Source of the DNA: Methanobacteriota archaeon
GTDB taxonomy: Archaea > Thermoplasmatota > Poseidoniia > Poseidoniales > Poseidoniaceae
DNA length: 64,000 nt
Assembly (NCBI GenBank): GCA_002719815.1
Contig: PBET01000024.1
Span: 3,393 to 67,392, forward strand
Direction: 5' to 3'
Positions 9,788 to 21,400 of the stretch are shown here, in pieces; within the stretch, counting starts at the first letter, position 1; each line of letters starts with the position of its first letter. The position numbers were made by a program, and so were the translations under genes. The notes beneath the pieces are model-generated. The model made no database searches, was not told the DNA's origin, and was given only the letters and a program-made list of their open reading frames with translations.

Positions 9788-9897
9788 TTTTTCACCCGGA
9801 GGTATGCCTCCACATCAACCCAGCCGCCTTTACCCTATGAAGCCGACGCCTCGTTGAGAACGATTGCACACTTCTCGGTCCTATGTTCTATGCACGA

Positions 9898-11778
9898 CTA
9901 GAATTTCTTTTTAGGACCACCAGGGAATAACCAGCGACTGGATTTTTCAGACGTTGCTTTGTCTTCGCTCTTCTCATATTTTTCCCTTCTAAAGAATATG
10001 AGCGATAGGAGGGCAATGATTGCTATTGCTGCAATCATGAGGTACATTGTGTTGGCATCGAGAGAGGATGCTTCTTCTGAGCGCGTGCCATCATTCGGGT
10101 ATGCATCCGTGTTATCCCCAACGCCATCGCCATCGGTATCGGTTGTTTCAGATGCATCATTTGGAAACGCATCAAGAGAATCCACTGTTCCATCGCCATC
10201 GGAATCTCTTTCGATTATTTCAATCGCATTCTCAACAACAATTGTTTCTCGGATACCGCCAATTTTCAGCAACGTTATTTGGAGATCGTACATCGACATT
10301 TCTGCGAATTCTGGTGCCTGAATCTCAACCTTCCATACACTATTTTCCGAGGCAGTGACTCTACCGCGTAAGTCTGATTCATCTTCCCAATCGCCTTGAG
10401 GTGCTGGACCCGCCACTGAGGCGAATGGAGCGATGTTGTAATCGATTGGTTGAGGCGTGTTTTTGTCGCTTCCTGAACCAATTCCTAATGGTCCATATTT
10501 ACCGCGACCCCAGCACGATACCGACCCGTTTTCATACAGACCACAGACATGGTCATAATTCACGCTCAAATCAACGATGTTTGTTGGCCCTTCAACGAAC
10601 ATTGGTGTAAGATAAATACCGCCAGTGACACCAATCCCAAGGCGGCCAAAGTGATTGTGCCCCCAACAGTATAGACTACTGTTTTCTAAGATAGCACACG
10701 AACTATGTGGGCCTACTGAAACCGATACTGCTGATGAACTGTCTGGCAATTGAGCATAGACTGGAATGAGTCGATTGGTGGTAGTATTCTCTCCAAGTTG
10801 ACCATAATTGTTCAAACCCCAGCAAGTGATTGAGCCGTTGTCAAGTAGAGCACATGAATGATGGTCTCCAACAGAAAGATCTGTCGCAGCGCGCCCTTCA
10901 GGTAACTCGACATTTGAAGACGGGGTATGAATCGTATCGCTCGTATCGCCATTTCCAAGTTGACCCACATTGTCACGGCCCCAGCACATAACGCCTCCAT
11001 CGTCAAGAAGTATACAGGTGTGTGTTGCTCCAGGCTCGACTTTCACAACTTTCCGATCCGATGGAGTCGTAATTGTTTGAGGCGTGTATTTGTCGCTTGT
11101 ATCCAAATTTCCGTTTCCTAAAGCTCCATATGAGTCAAGACCCCAGCAGGTCAAGTTGTCATCTTCTAAGATTGCACACGTGTGCTTAAGTCCCATACCG
11201 ATTGATTTCACACCCTTACCATCTGGAAATTGTACCTTCACGCTGGGAGATTTGTAGGTATTGGTTGAGTCATCACCGGCCTGCCCGTCTTCATTGAATC
11301 CCCAACAACTTGCAGAGTTGTCATCGAAAATGATGCACGTTCGCAATTGTCTCGCATAAATCTGGTCTACGCTTTGACCTTCAGCAATTGAAACGAACGA
11401 AGTAGGCTTATTCAAATTCGTTGCATCGCCACCATCGCCAAGTTGACCATAATTATCGAGCCCCCAACACATAGCTGAGCCATTTTCAAGGATTGCACAA
11501 CTATGCGAGTTTCCAGTGGCAAGTACAGATGAATGTGCTTTAGAAGCCATCGTATCCACTGAGACGAATTCATAACGAATTGTCGAGATACCAACATAAT
11601 CACTGAGATCAATGCTACATTCCATTGACTCGGCTTGGTTTACGTTAGCCTTCGGGCAATCTAATTCGAGTGATGTGCTTTCTTCAGCAATTGTTTGAAT
11701 AGGAACTAGAAGCAGAATTACAAGACAAATTCCTGCCTGAAGGTGAAGCAACCTGCCTCTCGACGGGGTTTTGACCAT
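9898..11778 (-). CDS. Surface protein: signal peptide, 7 RCC1 repeats (beta-propeller), thrombospondin-type-3-like Ca-binding repeats, C-terminal TM anchor
   Basis: There are seven CWG-x-[DN]-x-x-G-x-LG-x-G repeats (for example MCWGLDNYGQLGDG and MCWGRDNVGQLGNG). DSDGDGTVDSLDAFPND and DTDGDGVGDNTDAYPND follow. The C-terminus is MIAAIAIIALLSLIFF plus a basic tail. Confidence 0.8.
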   Translation of the reverse strand: MVKTPSRGRLLHLQAGICLVILLLVPIQTIAEESTSLELDCPKANVNQAESMECSIDLSDYVGISTIRYEFVSVDTMASKAHSSVLATGNSHSCAILENGSAMCWGLDNYGQLGDGGDATNLNKPTSFVSIAEGQSVDQIYARQLRTCIIFDDNSASCWGFNEDGQAGDDSTNTYKSPSVKVQFPDGKGVKSIGMGLKHTCAILEDDNLTCWGLDSYGALGNGNLDTSDKYTPQTITTPSDRKVVKVEPGATHTCILLDDGGVMCWGRDNVGQLGNGDTSDTIHTPSSNVELPEGRAATDLSVGDHHSCALLDNGSITCWGLNNYGQLGENTTTNRLIPVYAQLPDSSSAVSVSVGPHSSCAILENSSLYCWGHNHFGRLGIGVTGGIYLTPMFVEGPTNIVDLSVNYDHVCGLYENGSVSCWGRGKYGPLGIGSGSDKNTPQPIDYNIAPFASVAGPAPQGDWEDESDLRGRVTASENSVWKVEIQAPEFAEMSMYDLQITLLKIGGIRETIVVENAIEIIERDSDGDGTVDSLDAFPNDASETTDTDGDGVGDNTDAYPNDGTRSEEASSLDANTMYLMIAAIAIIALLSLIFFRREKYEKSEDKATSEKSSRWLFPGGPKKKF

Positions 11779-11842
11779 GGTACTACGTCACCCTTCTCCT
11801 TTATTGACTGATTTATTCTACTCAGTATCCATGACGTGCTTT

Positions 11843-12802
11843 TTACACTGAATCGGTAGCCTCAACCAATGCTTTTGCAATCGGAACTTCACCCATTGAA
11901 TGGCCTGCATCAGGAATCATATGAAGCGTCGATTTGGGAAGTTGTTTATGCAATTCCCATGCGCTTTTCGCAGGACAGACCATGTCATAGCGACCTTGTA
12001 CAATGATTGCAGGAATGTTTTCTATTGCCTCTGCATTGTTGAGAATGTAGGAATCTTCTACGAAAATTCCATTGATGAAATAATGGCATTCAATGCGAGC
12101 AAACGCTACTGCAAAATCAAGATCTTCCGCCTTTTCAAGGTATTCTGGGTCGGGGAACAGTCGACTTGTCGCCATCTCCCAACGCGTCCATTCCTTCGCC
12201 GCAGCACGGCGAACTTCAACGTCTTCACTCGTTAGGCGCTTGTAATAGGCAGGAATGAGCGCCGATTGCTCATCTACTGGAATGTGTTGCTGATACGGCT
12301 CAAAGGCATCTGGGAAAACATGACTTGCTCCTTCTTGGTAGAACCAGTGCAATTCAGATGTTCTGCACATGAAGATGCCTCGAAGAATGAACGATCGGAC
12401 GCGGCTAGGGTGAGTAATTCCGTAAATGAGCGAAAGCGTTGAACCCCATGAGCCTCCAAAGACATGCCACGTATCGATACCGAAGTGCATTCGTAATGCC
12501 TCGATATCGGAAACGAGGTGCATGGTTGTATTTTCTTCAAGATCTGCATAAGGCGTTGATTTTCCACAACCTCGTTGGTCGAACTGGATGATGTTCCACT
12601 TTTGTGGATCGAAATATTGTCGATACGATGGTTGGCTTCCTCCACCTGGGCCACCGTGGATGACAATGACTGGGGTGCCGTCAGGATTGCCTGCACATTC
12701 CCAAGCAATTGTGTGGCGATCTGATACTGCAAGCATGCCTGTTGAATACGGTTCAATTTTCGGGTAGAGTACGTCGTCAATCGATTGAGAGGTTAGGCTC
12801 AT
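11843..12802 (-). CDS. pip: Proline iminopeptidase (prolyl aminopeptidase), alpha/beta hydrolase
   Basis: Motifs HGGPGGG, the nucleophile elbow GGSWGSTL and a C-terminal DAGH are present. I verified ATG at 12802 (MSLTSQS...); the longer track ORF to 12991 adds an implausible Cys/Trp-rich extension. Confidence 0.85.
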   Translation of the reverse strand: MSLTSQSIDDVLYPKIEPYSTGMLAVSDRHTIAWECAGNPDGTPVIVIHGGPGGGSQPSYRQYFDPQKWNIIQFDQRGCGKSTPYADLEENTTMHLVSDIEALRMHFGIDTWHVFGGSWGSTLSLIYGITHPSRVRSFILRGIFMCRTSELHWFYQEGASHVFPDAFEPYQQHIPVDEQSALIPAYYKRLTSEDVEVRRAAAKEWTRWEMATSRLFPDPEYLEKAEDLDFAVAFARIECHYFINGIFVEDSYILNNAEAIENIPAIIVQGRYDMVCPAKSAWELHKQLPKSTLHMIPDAGHSMGEVPIAKALVEATDSV

Positions 12803-12872
12803 ACTACATCCGATACGAATGGGGATGATGTTGCTTTCGATGCCTTTTTTCGACGGATGCCATCGTCGATAC

Positions 12873-13499
12873 ATGAAGCAGGCAACAGACGTCTTCAACG
12901 ATTGGGCACACCGAGGCAAAGACGAGGGTATGGAACGTGGACACAGTCCTGCTGTCAATGAAATGTTGGAGGTTGCTTTCCAACGAGTCAATCAAGGAAA
13001 TCAACCCTTTTCATTCGCTGATTTAGGATGTGGAAATGGCTGGGTTGTACGATTGGTTGGTGGGCATGAGAACTGCATGCGAGCTGATGGTTTTGATGGT
13101 GCACCGCACATGATTGAGAAGGCAAACAACATTGATTCGAAACATGGTTATCATCTTGCTCTGTTTCCTGATACACAACCTCCTCAACAATACGATTTCA
13201 TTCATTCAATGGAATTCATTTACTACCTTCATGAACCTCAACAGATGCTACAATCAATTCACGACGATTGGTTGGCCGATGGAGGTTGGGCTGTAATTGG
13301 AATCGATCATTATGCGGAACATGAGGAAAGTCTTGGTTGGCCAGAAGCCCTCGATGTACATATGTCGACATTTACAGAGCAGGAATGGATTGCAATGTGG
13401 AATGACGTTGGATTTACTGAAATTCATGCGTGGAGAGCAAACCAATCCGAAGGAAAACCAGGAACACTCGCCATCATTGGGAAGAAAAATCAGAATTGA
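12873..13499 (+). CDS. Class I SAM-dependent methyltransferase
   Basis: The SAM-binding motif I FADLGCGNGW is present. ATG at 12873 (MKQATDVF) is preferred over ATG 12819. The 3' end overlaps the convergent AddA-like gene by 26 nt. Confidence 0.65.
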   Translation: MKQATDVFNDWAHRGKDEGMERGHSPAVNEMLEVAFQRVNQGNQPFSFADLGCGNGWVVRLVGGHENCMRADGFDGAPHMIEKANNIDSKHGYHLALFPDTQPPQQYDFIHSMEFIYYLHEPQQMLQSIHDDWLADGGWAVIGIDHYAEHEESLGWPEALDVHMSTFTEQEWIAMWNDVGFTEIHAWRANQSEGKPGTLAIIGKKNQN

Positions 13500-16400
13500 T
13501 CCCCAACTCAAGGCCCTGTGGTGCACACATTCGTACATCGCCATTGAAAAATGGACACTTTTTGCAGATATCAATCGCTTCCATTGGTAAGCGCTTCGGT
13601 TCGGTAACACCGTTTGAATCTGCAGTAAGGGTTGCCATCCAATGCAGGAGATTCATCAGTTCTTCTTCTGCTTCTTTGCACATCTTATCCGGCATTTGAA
13701 CAAGACGTCCCGTCGTGGCGATCAAGAGTGCTGGTGGCCGAATATCTCGTCTCTTTTCAATGGGTTTTCGTTCTTCTTGCTCACGCAAAACCAATGAATA
13801 AAGCATCAGTTGCAAACGATGATTTCGTAGCATCTGAACCTCCGCTTGGTTTTGTGGTTCAAACGAGAGCGGTTCATTCAGCGTCTCGTACAACGGGTGC
13901 AGTTCGAGTTCTTCCTCTCGCGCACCTGTTGTTTTCAAATCAATAACCTGCAACCAAGCCTGTTGATCTTCACATCCTGCAACCACAAGATCTGCCTGCC
14001 CTTCAAAGAGAACATTGACCGCATCAATCACTGTTCGAAATGACTGGTCAAGTTCTGTGAGTGGTGTTCTCAAACGACCTTTCAGGTCGATTTGTTGATT
14101 GAAAGAAAACGACAACTCCGTTCGCAACCCTTCGATTTCATGGCCATGAATCGCTTGACCTTCGACCATTTTTCCTAAAGCTCCATTTGATAGTCGTTTG
14201 GCCAAATCAATGATTCGTTGCCTCGTTTGCTTCTGTTCATCGCTGGACAATCGATGCCACTCGGGTTGTGATTGCGTTGCATCATCGATTTCCTTATCCG
14301 ATAACAGGTGGTTTTGTTGAGCATTCAACCAAACTTGTCCTAATTCAAAGCCTGTTGTCTTCATTTCTGCTGGATTTGCAATTCCAATTTCAACGAGTCT
14401 GTGGAACATCGATCCAAAGGCAGTTGCCGATGGCCAGCCGACAGAATTAGCCGTTACATCTTCCCCATCGGACCGATCTTTAGTATCCTCCTCACTCGAT
14501 TCGAACTTCGTTTCTTGATGGAGTTTGAAAGGCTCAGATTGCCAGCCTCGTACATGCGACAACCAATAGCGTCGTCGGCAGGAATGGGCCGTATCTAAGC
14601 CATGGGCTGTCATCTTTAACGTCGGGGTTTGATAAACAACGGCTTGTTCAATCTCACTGTCATCTGTCGCTTGTTCAACGAGTTGTTCCATGTTCAGCCA
14701 GTTGGAAAGTACGGAAGTTGGTGATTGTTCGGCAAAGCAATCAGGATGGTGATACATACGCAAGCTCTGTAGCGAATCTTGCATAAATCCACTCGACGTA
14801 TACAACGCATAGGGATCAAACTTCAACGTCTGCTCGCCATATTCTGCTAAACGTTCTCCTTGAACATCGTTGGTAAGACTCCAAGGCTGTTCATCGCCTG
14901 ATGCCAATCCCATGTATCGGAAACCTTCAAGCATCAAATCGCCCATGTTGTTCCCTTTTGCATTCACCTTCATCTCAACCATTGCATCATCACTCAACAA
15001 GCAAGGAGCATTTGGCGAGCCAACGAAGATCAAGCGATCTTTCACCCTGGTAAGTGCAACATAGAATTGACGACGCAATTCAGCTTGATTTTGTGCCTTG
15101 TTCATTTGTTCAGCCAACATCCACAAGGCATCTTCAGGCTTCTCTTTCGACTTCCATGGCTGAATACGGCCTGCAATTACATCTGGTGTAATCAAGACAT
15201 TGTTCTGAGCTTCAATGCTTGAACTGCGACGTCCTGCTTCAAACAATCCTGTGACGATCACAACCGGCGCTTGGAGACCTTTTGCCCCATGAATTGTCAT
15301 GATCTGAATCGCGCCACTTGTTGGTAAAGAACGGGCTTGGGGACCTTTGTTCCCAAGTGTTCCGAACGCCTTCATCTGATCAAGGATCGAGGCGGGTTCG
15401 TGTCCTGATTCACCACCTAATTTTTGCAACATTGCGTACCATGTTTCAGCAACTTGTCGTTCAGATTCATCTGGGAATGCGATGAGGAGATCGCTGTAAT
15501 CCAAGACAGCATCAAAGATTTCGTACATGGCGCCAGAATGTACCAAACGAGCGCATGCTTCCATGAGTGGCCCTTGAGGTTCGCCATCAAAATAGTCGGA
15601 AAAGAAGTGCCAATAATTGTCCACATCCTTCGTTTGGAAAATCTCCTCAATCTGTATGGATGATGCCCCAATAATTGAGGAACGAAGGACGGAATGGGCG
15701 GCATGTCTTGACCCTGGTCGTGCGAGAAGTTCCAACATAGCCATCAACGGTTGAACGACGGGTTGCTTGAGCAACTCACCTTGTTTATCAGCCATAACCG
15801 GCAATCCACGAGCTTGGAGTCGTGCGATTAAGTCGGGAATGTGCTTTCGTGAGTGGACGAGAATCATCACATCTTCAGGCAGAATTGGCTCTTCTGGTTC
15901 TACTTCAACAAAATCTTCCGCTTCTGTTGACCATATCCGAGTTGGTGAGCCTCGAACCAAGGCATCCAATCGAGAAGCGATAAGTTCATGTTCCAAATGA
16001 CGGAGATTTGCATTTCCTGCATCGAACAAGTTGTACCCTTGTGTAAGGCCAAGTGGTAGTTCCTCGGTATCGTTTTGAGTCGGAAGAAGCCACTCGATTG
16101 TCCCTATGCGTTCCGTATCTCGTCCAGATTCTAAGGGCTGAGCAGTTGCATGGAAATCGCCTGGGAATTGGTGATGCCGATGATTAAACGTGTCATCAAA
16201 CATATTGTTGAGCGTTTGAAGTAGGCCAGGTGCTGTTCGGAAATTCGTTCTCAGTTGAATATGGCCTTCGGCTCGTTCAACGATTGTATCATCATCGATG
16301 GCGAGACCTGCGTCGTCAATTCCATAGGAAACGTAGTCGTACGGAGCTGATTTCTCATCTCGGGAATAATCAGCGGCGGAGATGAATGAACCAGATTCAC

Positions 16401-18447
16401 CACCTGCGCCGACGGGCCGAGGATCTCGGCCGTGCCCTTCTTGAGTAAAAGTCTCCATCCGTTTCTCATTAGCCTCGATCTGGTTCGCTACACGAATGGA
16501 TGCAACCATTCGACGCATAACCGTAACCTCAGCCTGACGGAATCGGTAGATGCTTTGCTTCATATCACCAACAATGCAGATGGTTGGGTCCCAGGGACCT
16601 GCTGGTTCAGGGTGTTCTTCGGAAATGCCCTCTCTTCGCCCCCAAAGTCGCGAAAGGAGACGAGCATGTTCTGGATTCGTATCCTGATACTCGTCGATAA
16701 TGAAGGCTCGATATCGTGCACGAATTTGCTTTAATAGCGCAAATCTTCGTTGAAGATCAACGTATTTCTCTTCATCACGTTGCATAATGGTCAGTGCTCT
16801 TCGAATATGTTCATCCGACCATGGCTCATCACCAAGGTCATCCAATGCCTGGACAGCCTCGGGCGGATACCAATGACGAACGATGGCTGGACAGCGAACA
16901 AGGAGTAAATCGCCGACCATGACTTGAACATCGTCAAAATCATGCGCTTCTTCTTGTGCCTTCAAGTGACGAAGTAAATCCTGACAGCCTGAATGAACTG
17001 TATACAAATCGTTCAGAACTTCAACCTGAAGGTCACTAGAAACCCTCTGCATACCAGATGGTGGTTCGGTACCCAACGAAACGCCCAGTGGATGGCGGTC
17101 GTATTTTTCATTCGCATCTCGATGGACAAAAGGCCGTACAGGATTGAGGCAGTAGGCAACTTTTGCAAGCATCAACACCAGACGCCCATCACTTGGGTCA
17201 TGAATCCGGTTTTGCAAACGAGTTGCAGCCTTGGAAGCATCTTTCATGAGTTGTTCCTTGGTTGCCTCCTCAGATTTACGCTTGAAGACTGATGACCACG
17301 TCATCAAGCCTGAAGGCCAGTCTGCTAGCGTATTTGCTCGGGGGAAGTGCCCGTCCTTGAGAATGGTTGGTGCTGGCTCCTTCAACTGTGCATGCGATGC
17401 GGCCGCTGCAACCACCTGGTACAACCACTGAAGTTGTTCTATCGGAGTTGTAGGCAGTGCTTCCCGTGCCAAATGAGCGAGTTGATTGAAACGAGTATTT
17501 GTTGTAGCAACTTGCGCTGGAGCGACAATCACAGAATGATGTTCGAGGAAAACATCAACCCATTCGTTAAGGAATGCATGTACATCTTGAACGACCGGAG
17601 TGATAAGGTGGTGACACTCCTGTAAAATCATGTCCTCAATAAGTCGGTAATCTGGAGGTGTGTCACCATCCCATGGTAAACCAGTTCGAATCGAACGTGA
17701 GCGAAGCCGTCGCTTAGATTCCTCGACAAATAGCGACGATTCTAGCAATCCTTCCAATGCCGTTTGTGCACTTGCTTGACCTCCAAGCCGGATTGCGAGA
17801 CGATTGCGGGCAGCGATGAAAGCATCAGCTGATTGAAGCATGCCCGCTTCGATTGCATCGCGAGCATTTCGTATACGCCAAGCCGCATTCAATGCTTGAC
17901 TTCTCAAAAGAGGGGCTTTTTCTTCAGGAAGTTGTTCTCGACTGACGTGGATTGCTACGAGATCGATATGCGGTGAGAGAATTTCCGACAGGAACGCATC
18001 GATGGTCGATATTGGTGATGATTCAAGCAACGACATCAGCATCGAAACATCGCCTTGGTGACGCAGACGTGGGTCATGCATCCCCATTCGGTCATCGTCT
18101 TTTACAGGATGAGCACGAAGCGATTGAATCCTTTGTCGAATTCTTGACCGCAGTTCAGATGCCGCCTTTCGAGTGAAGGTAATCGCGACGATTTCTTGTG
18201 GCAACAGTCCTTTCCATTCATTCAATGGAGTGCGATCTTTCTTTGCTGCGAGAACGTGGCCTGCACCATACTGTTCCAACCGAATTGGTGGCGGCAAAAC
18301 ATGCGTAGCTCGTTGCTCTGCTGAAAGAAGATGCTGAACATATCGTTCAGCCATAACGGTGGTTTTACCTGTTCCAGCACCAGCATCCAATGCGATGTGT
18401 TGATCGAGATTAAGACCCAGTCGCTGACTTCTGTTGAAGGAAATCAC
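13474..18447 (-). CDS. AddA/RecB-like SF1 (UvrD-family) helicase fused to a C-terminal PD-(D/E)XK nuclease
   Basis: The helicase motifs occur in order: DAGAGTGKTT, ITFTRKAASELRSRI, IIDEYQDTN, VGDMKQSIYRFRQA, LRTNFRTAP, IMTIHGAKGLQAPVV, RRQFYVALTRVKDRLIF. The nuclease motifs are GQADLVV, VIDLKTTG and QLMLYS, flanked by Cys residues (SCRRRYW ... CKKCPFFNGDVRMC). The GTG start overlaps the upstream stop (GTGA at 18444-18447). Confidence 0.85.
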   Translation of the reverse strand: MISFNRSQRLGLNLDQHIALDAGAGTGKTTVMAERYVQHLLSAEQRATHVLPPPIRLEQYGAGHVLAAKKDRTPLNEWKGLLPQEIVAITFTRKAASELRSRIRQRIQSLRAHPVKDDDRMGMHDPRLRHQGDVSMLMSLLESSPISTIDAFLSEILSPHIDLVAIHVSREQLPEEKAPLLRSQALNAAWRIRNARDAIEAGMLQSADAFIAARNRLAIRLGGQASAQTALEGLLESSLFVEESKRRLRSRSIRTGLPWDGDTPPDYRLIEDMILQECHHLITPVVQDVHAFLNEWVDVFLEHHSVIVAPAQVATTNTRFNQLAHLAREALPTTPIEQLQWLYQVVAAAASHAQLKEPAPTILKDGHFPRANTLADWPSGLMTWSSVFKRKSEEATKEQLMKDASKAATRLQNRIHDPSDGRLVLMLAKVAYCLNPVRPFVHRDANEKYDRHPLGVSLGTEPPSGMQRVSSDLQVEVLNDLYTVHSGCQDLLRHLKAQEEAHDFDDVQVMVGDLLLVRCPAIVRHWYPPEAVQALDDLGDEPWSDEHIRRALTIMQRDEEKYVDLQRRFALLKQIRARYRAFIIDEYQDTNPEHARLLSRLWGRREGISEEHPEPAGPWDPTICIVGDMKQSIYRFRQAEVTVMRRMVASIRVANQIEANEKRMETFTQEGHGRDPRPVGAGGESGSFISAADYSRDEKSAPYDYVSYGIDDAGLAIDDDTIVERAEGHIQLRTNFRTAPGLLQTLNNMFDDTFNHRHHQFPGDFHATAQPLESGRDTERIGTIEWLLPTQNDTEELPLGLTQGYNLFDAGNANLRHLEHELIASRLDALVRGSPTRIWSTEAEDFVEVEPEEPILPEDVMILVHSRKHIPDLIARLQARGLPVMADKQGELLKQPVVQPLMAMLELLARPGSRHAAHSVLRSSIIGASSIQIEEIFQTKDVDNYWHFFSDYFDGEPQGPLMEACARLVHSGAMYEIFDAVLDYSDLLIAFPDESERQVAETWYAMLQKLGGESGHEPASILDQMKAFGTLGNKGPQARSLPTSGAIQIMTIHGAKGLQAPVVIVTGLFEAGRRSSSIEAQNNVLITPDVIAGRIQPWKSKEKPEDALWMLAEQMNKAQNQAELRRQFYVALTRVKDRLIFVGSPNAPCLLSDDAMVEMKVNAKGNNMGDLMLEGFRYMGLASGDEQPWSLTNDVQGERLAEYGEQTLKFDPYALYTSSGFMQDSLQSLRMYHHPDCFAEQSPTSVLSNWLNMEQLVEQATDDSEIEQAVVYQTPTLKMTAHGLDTAHSCRRRYWLSHVRGWQSEPFKLHQETKFESSEEDTKDRSDGEDVTANSVGWPSATAFGSMFHRLVEIGIANPAEMKTTGFELGQVWLNAQQNHLLSDKEIDDATQSQPEWHRLSSDEQKQTRQRIIDLAKRLSNGALGKMVEGQAIHGHEIEGLRTELSFSFNQQIDLKGRLRTPLTELDQSFRTVIDAVNVLFEGQADLVVAGCEDQQAWLQVIDLKTTGAREEELELHPLYETLNEPLSFEPQNQAEVQMLRNHRLQLMLYSLVLREQEERKPIEKRRDIRPPALLIATTGRLVQMPDKMCKEAEEELMNLLHWMATLTADSNGVTEPKRLPMEAIDICKKCPFFNGDVRMCAPQGLELGINSDFSSQ

Positions 18448-21400
18448 TTTGTTTCACCTCCAATGGATGCAGAAGAGCACGCACTTGCGAGTGAACAATA
18501 CTTGCAGTGATCTCCTGGTGCAGGATGATTCCAGCCGAGTTCACTTGCATCCTGTGCCCGGATTGCGGCAGTAATTCTTGAACTCATCCACGCCCGGAAA
18601 CTGTTACTCTCCGGTGTTGTTCCTTCAGTTGGTATACGGAAATGATTTCCAGAGTAAAACGTTCGAGTTCCGATGGTTCGGCTTTCCTCAAGAAAAGCAA
18701 AACTCGGATCGAGTTCAAGGAGATGTTCCGTATCATCGCCCACTTCTGAGATACCAACGCCAATGACGCGATCGCCTGGATGTGCTAATTCCCAAGCACG
18801 AGCATAGAGTGCTAATTGAATCTCCTTGAAGAGGCCCGCGACATGTCGAATGCCATCTTCACCAGGTTTTGGTCCTTCGATGGTTTTGAGGTCTCGAATG
18901 ATGATGAAGCGCTTCGCAGGAGGTCCACTTCCATCAAAGAAAAGTGGCATCCCTTCTGCGCTCTCATCATAGAGCCCACGCTCGGTTAGTCGTTCAAGGA
19001 GCGATTCATCGAGAACAAGGTGATCAACGCGATCAATTCGCCCACGTAACTTGATGCATGAGGTTTCAAATTGATCATCAAACCCTTCGATTTCTACACT
19101 CAACTCCGTTCCATGTTGCAACGCCCATTCACTGGCAATTGGTGCTGCTGAGGTCAGGTTGAGATCTGCTAAAAGTAGACGTCCGAGTCGCCCTCCAATC
19201 GGAAGCGTTCCGTTGCCTTCAAGCCAATCGTTCCAATCTTCAGGCGAGCAGCCAATCAAATCATTGCAGCGATGAACGGAAACTGCATTTGTTCTCGATA
19301 ACCAGGGAGCGATTTCAGACAAATGCCAGAGCAAACTTTCCCATATTTCTTGGTTTGATAGTGAAGTTCCTTGATGCATTGGCGTACCTTCGGCCAGTGG
19401 CGTCCCTCCTACTTCAATTCCAAGAAGTGTCATGAGATGTTCCTCAATGGCATGAACCAACGTTCCTTTTGTGAGTGGCGCAATGTCTTCAGAGGGCTCG
19501 GGAGTGTTGTCCGTGGCATCGAGTGTCTGTTCAGACCATGCTTGTCGGGGGCAAGTCAGCCAAGGTGTTAATCGGCTTGTTGACCATGTCTTTGATTCCG
19601 TTTCGATCGGTTGACTGGAAAGAATTTCGTTCAGGCTTGGTGAACCATACGTAGGCGGAGGAAGCGGACGAGGGTCGAGTGAAGGCCCCCTCGAATTGCC
19701 ATTCTTCTTGTATCCGAGATGCGGATAGGATGCTGAGGTTCGACCACCACTCACCTCGGCTTGAGAGACCGTGGGTTCGATGACAAGGCCCGTTGTTGTG
19801 AGCAAGCTCTCCCGTATCTCCCATGGCAGAATGCTTCCATTTGCAAGTGGCTTGAATTTTGGTTGGCGACGATAGCGATCGAGATGCACATCGCGTTCAA
19901 ATCGATTCGCTATGGTATTCGCTGACTGAATCGTTCCACTCGGAGTCCGCAACGCTTTCAATTCAAGACCAGTCTGTTGTTGCAGATCTCGTTGCATGTT
20001 CTCTGCTCGTTCAAGTTCCACTTCACCACCGTTCACAGATAATGAAGAAGTTCGATATGTCAGCCAATTTCCTGTTTCTCGAGTCACAATTGACCATCCA
20101 GCACCATCAGAAACTTCTTCCTGCAGGAACGCTGGAATGGCCGCAAGATTCCGTAAATCACCTTGCAGTTCAACGCCTGAAAGGTACTCGACAACCGGTG
20201 TCGAATTACCCGCAGATTCATCATGTTCGGTATCGAAGAGGATCACTTGTTGGCTTGAATTTAGCACAGATTTGAAGAGATGACGCGCCTGACGAACGGG
20301 TAAGTCTCCATCATTCAAGCCTAATTCGACTCGAACAGAATCGTCAATCCAAGGCACTCGCTCAGGCTTCATCGACCATGACTCAGCATCAATTCCAACG
20401 AAGAGAGTGAGGTCCGATGCTACCCCAAACGCTTGCTTTGGTGTACAGATATGTACATCGAAATGACGAACTCGATTCATAGGTAGTTTGGTTTGATCGG
20501 CTGCTAACCGACAAAAATCAATGAATGGAAGACTCGACTGATATTGGAGCAAACCATCAACGGATCGGACCCATGATTGCACGGCACCTACGGAGGCATC
20601 GTAATGCCGTGTACGTTCAAACAACGCCTCCCAGTCACATGCATGTAAAATTGTGCTGAGTACGTCTCGTGGCGTTTTACTTGGCTCGGGCAAGGGTAGA
20701 GAAATGTTTGATGACGCGCCAACGAATGGATTCGCAAGGAAGTTTTTCTCGGTTTCATCGAGTAACGCAGTCCATGATGTTGCAAGGCATTGCAACCACC
20801 ACTGCGTCTCCTCAATCGCTCGCAATTCTTCCTCACGACGATAGGCTTCAACAGCATATGGTTTTGCAACAGCTAAAGAGCCAAGCCACCGTTGGAGCGC
20901 TCCTTTTCCGCCAAGAACGTGGAAACTGCGGCCGATGTTTTCAATCACGTCCAAGTGTGGCCTTGGCCGCCAATCCTTCTTTTCTGGATGGGTCAAATCG
21001 GAAAACAATTTGCCAATAATCGGGAACGCCTTTGACTGGGCGATATCGAACAGTTTAGCTGTTGACCATGCATCTTGGCCATTGGGAATTGACAGAAATC
21101 GAAGTATTGCTTGTATAGCAGAGGTACTTCCAACTGAATCTGCTTGAGTATCGCATGTAATTCCAATGCGCTGCAGACGGCGAATCCATTCCTTGTGGCG
21201 GCCCTTGTCGGCATCGATGAGAAGAATACGTCCTTGTTCATGCTTGTTGAAATGATTGATGACTGAAATTGCGGCATCTGGAATCTGCGAGGCTCGGTCG
21301 AAACTCAGTAAGTGGATTCCTTCTGTCGCGTAATCAGCGTTACCGGATGCTGGAGGCAGAACGGTATGACGTGGGACCCATTCTGGCAGTTGGTCATCGC

